From positions 3,286,001 to 3,350,000 of the forward strand of contig NW_025765114.1 in NCBI RefSeq assembly GCF_003918875.1: a stretch of 64,000 nt of DNA, given 5' to 3'. The notes below the pieces were generated by a model. That model ran no database searches. It was given only the letters and a program-made list of their open reading frames with translations, and had not been told where the DNA came from. The DNA comes from Haliotis rubra. Lineage: Eukaryota. Each line of letters starts with the position of its first letter. Position 1 is the first letter of the stretch. Both the position numbers and the translations under genes were made by a program. Of the stretch, positions 62,660 through 64,000 are shown piece by piece.

Positions 62660-64000
62660 ACGTTGTTCATCCATATAATGGATGGAAGGATAACATTATA
62701 TGGAGGTTCTTCAGCCATAAATTGGATGGAAGAATGACAATATATGGAGGTTGTTCAGCCATAAAATGGATGGAAGAATGACAATTTATGGAGGTTGTTC
62801 AGCCATATAATGGATGGAAGAATGACAATTTATGGAGGTTGTTCAGCCATTTAATGGATGGAAGAATGACAATATATGGAGGTTGTTCAGCCATAAAATG
62901 GATGGAAGGATGACAATATATGGAGGTTGTTCAGCCATAAAATGGATGGAAGGATGACAATATATGGAGGTTGTTCAGCCATATAACGGATGGAAGGATG
63001 ACAATAACTAGAGCTCGTTCGGCCATATAATGGATGGAAGGATGACAATAACTAGAGGTTGTTCAGCCATATAATGGATGGAAGGATGACAATAACTAGA
63101 GGTTGTTCGGTCATATAATGGATGGAAGGATGACAATATATGGAGGTTGTTCAGTCATATAATGGATGGAAGGATGACAATATATGGAGGTTGTTCAGCC
63201 ATATAACGAATGGAAGGATGACAATATATGGAGGTTGTTCATCCATATAATGGATGGAAGGATGACAATATATGTAAGTTGTTCGGCCATAAAATGGATG
63301 GAAGGATGACAATATATGGAGGTTGTTCGGCCATATAATGGATGGAAGGATGACAATATATGGAGGTTGTTCATCTATATAATGGATGGAAGAATGACAA
63401 TATATGGAGAATGTTCAGCCATATAATGGATGGAAGGATGACAATATATGGAGGTTGTTAAGCCATATAATGGATGGAAGGATGACAATATATGGAGGTT
63501 GTTCAGCCATATAATGGATGGAAGGATGACAATATATGGAGGTTGTTCAGCCATATAATGGATGGAAGGATGACAATATATGGAGGTTGTTCAGCAATAT
63601 AATGGATGGAAGGATGACAATATATGGAGGTTGTTCAGCCATATAATGGATGGAAGGATGACAATATATGGAGGTTGTTCAGCCATATAATGGATGGAAG
63701 GATGACAATATATGGAGGTTGTTCATCCATATAATGGATGGAAGGATGACAATATATGGAGGTTGTTCAGCCATATAATGGATGGAAGGATGACAATATA
63801 TGGAGGTTGTTCAGCCACATAATAGATGGAAGGATGACAATATATGGAAGTTGTTCAGCCACATAATACATGGAAGGATGACAATATATGGAAGTTGTTC
63901 AGCCATATAATGGATGGAAGGATGACAATATATGGAAGTTGTTCAGCCACATAATAGATGGAAGGATGACAATATATGGAGGTTGTTCAGCCACATAATA
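62660..64000. repeat. 44-bp minisatellite (runs off window)
   Basis: Unit GGAGGTTGTTCAGCCATATAATGGATGGAAGGATGACAATATAT. Confidence 0.97.

Overview
Eukaryotic (spliceosomal-intron) animal DNA, most likely a mollusc; the gene content and SINE style suggest a gastropod such as abalone, but this is inference only. It holds: (1) an intronless peroxisomal CoA-diphosphatase gene (NUDT7-like, minus strand) plus a tandem, frameshifted paralog at the window start; (2) a multi-exon NFAT5/TonEBP gene (plus strand, CDS ~15.2-39.3 kb) with Rel-homology and IPT domains, a Q-rich C-terminus and probably a ~8.5 kb 3'UTR; (3) the last seven exons of an SLC6 Na+/Cl- solute symporter (minus strand, convergent with NFAT5). 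The rest is repeats: three SINE-like families sharing a covarying 3' stem-loop, a solo LTR, a Sola transposon nested in a hAT-type element, Tc1 elements, MITEs/foldbacks, a CR1/L2 RT relic and seven minisatellites. The most notable observations are a non-tRNA SINE-like family whose 5' end folds into a covarying pseudoknot (candidate ribozyme or structured RNA head) and a minisatellite derived from an NFAT5 exon/intron junction that multiplies splice-site motifs. All coordinates were read by eye; no searches were run.
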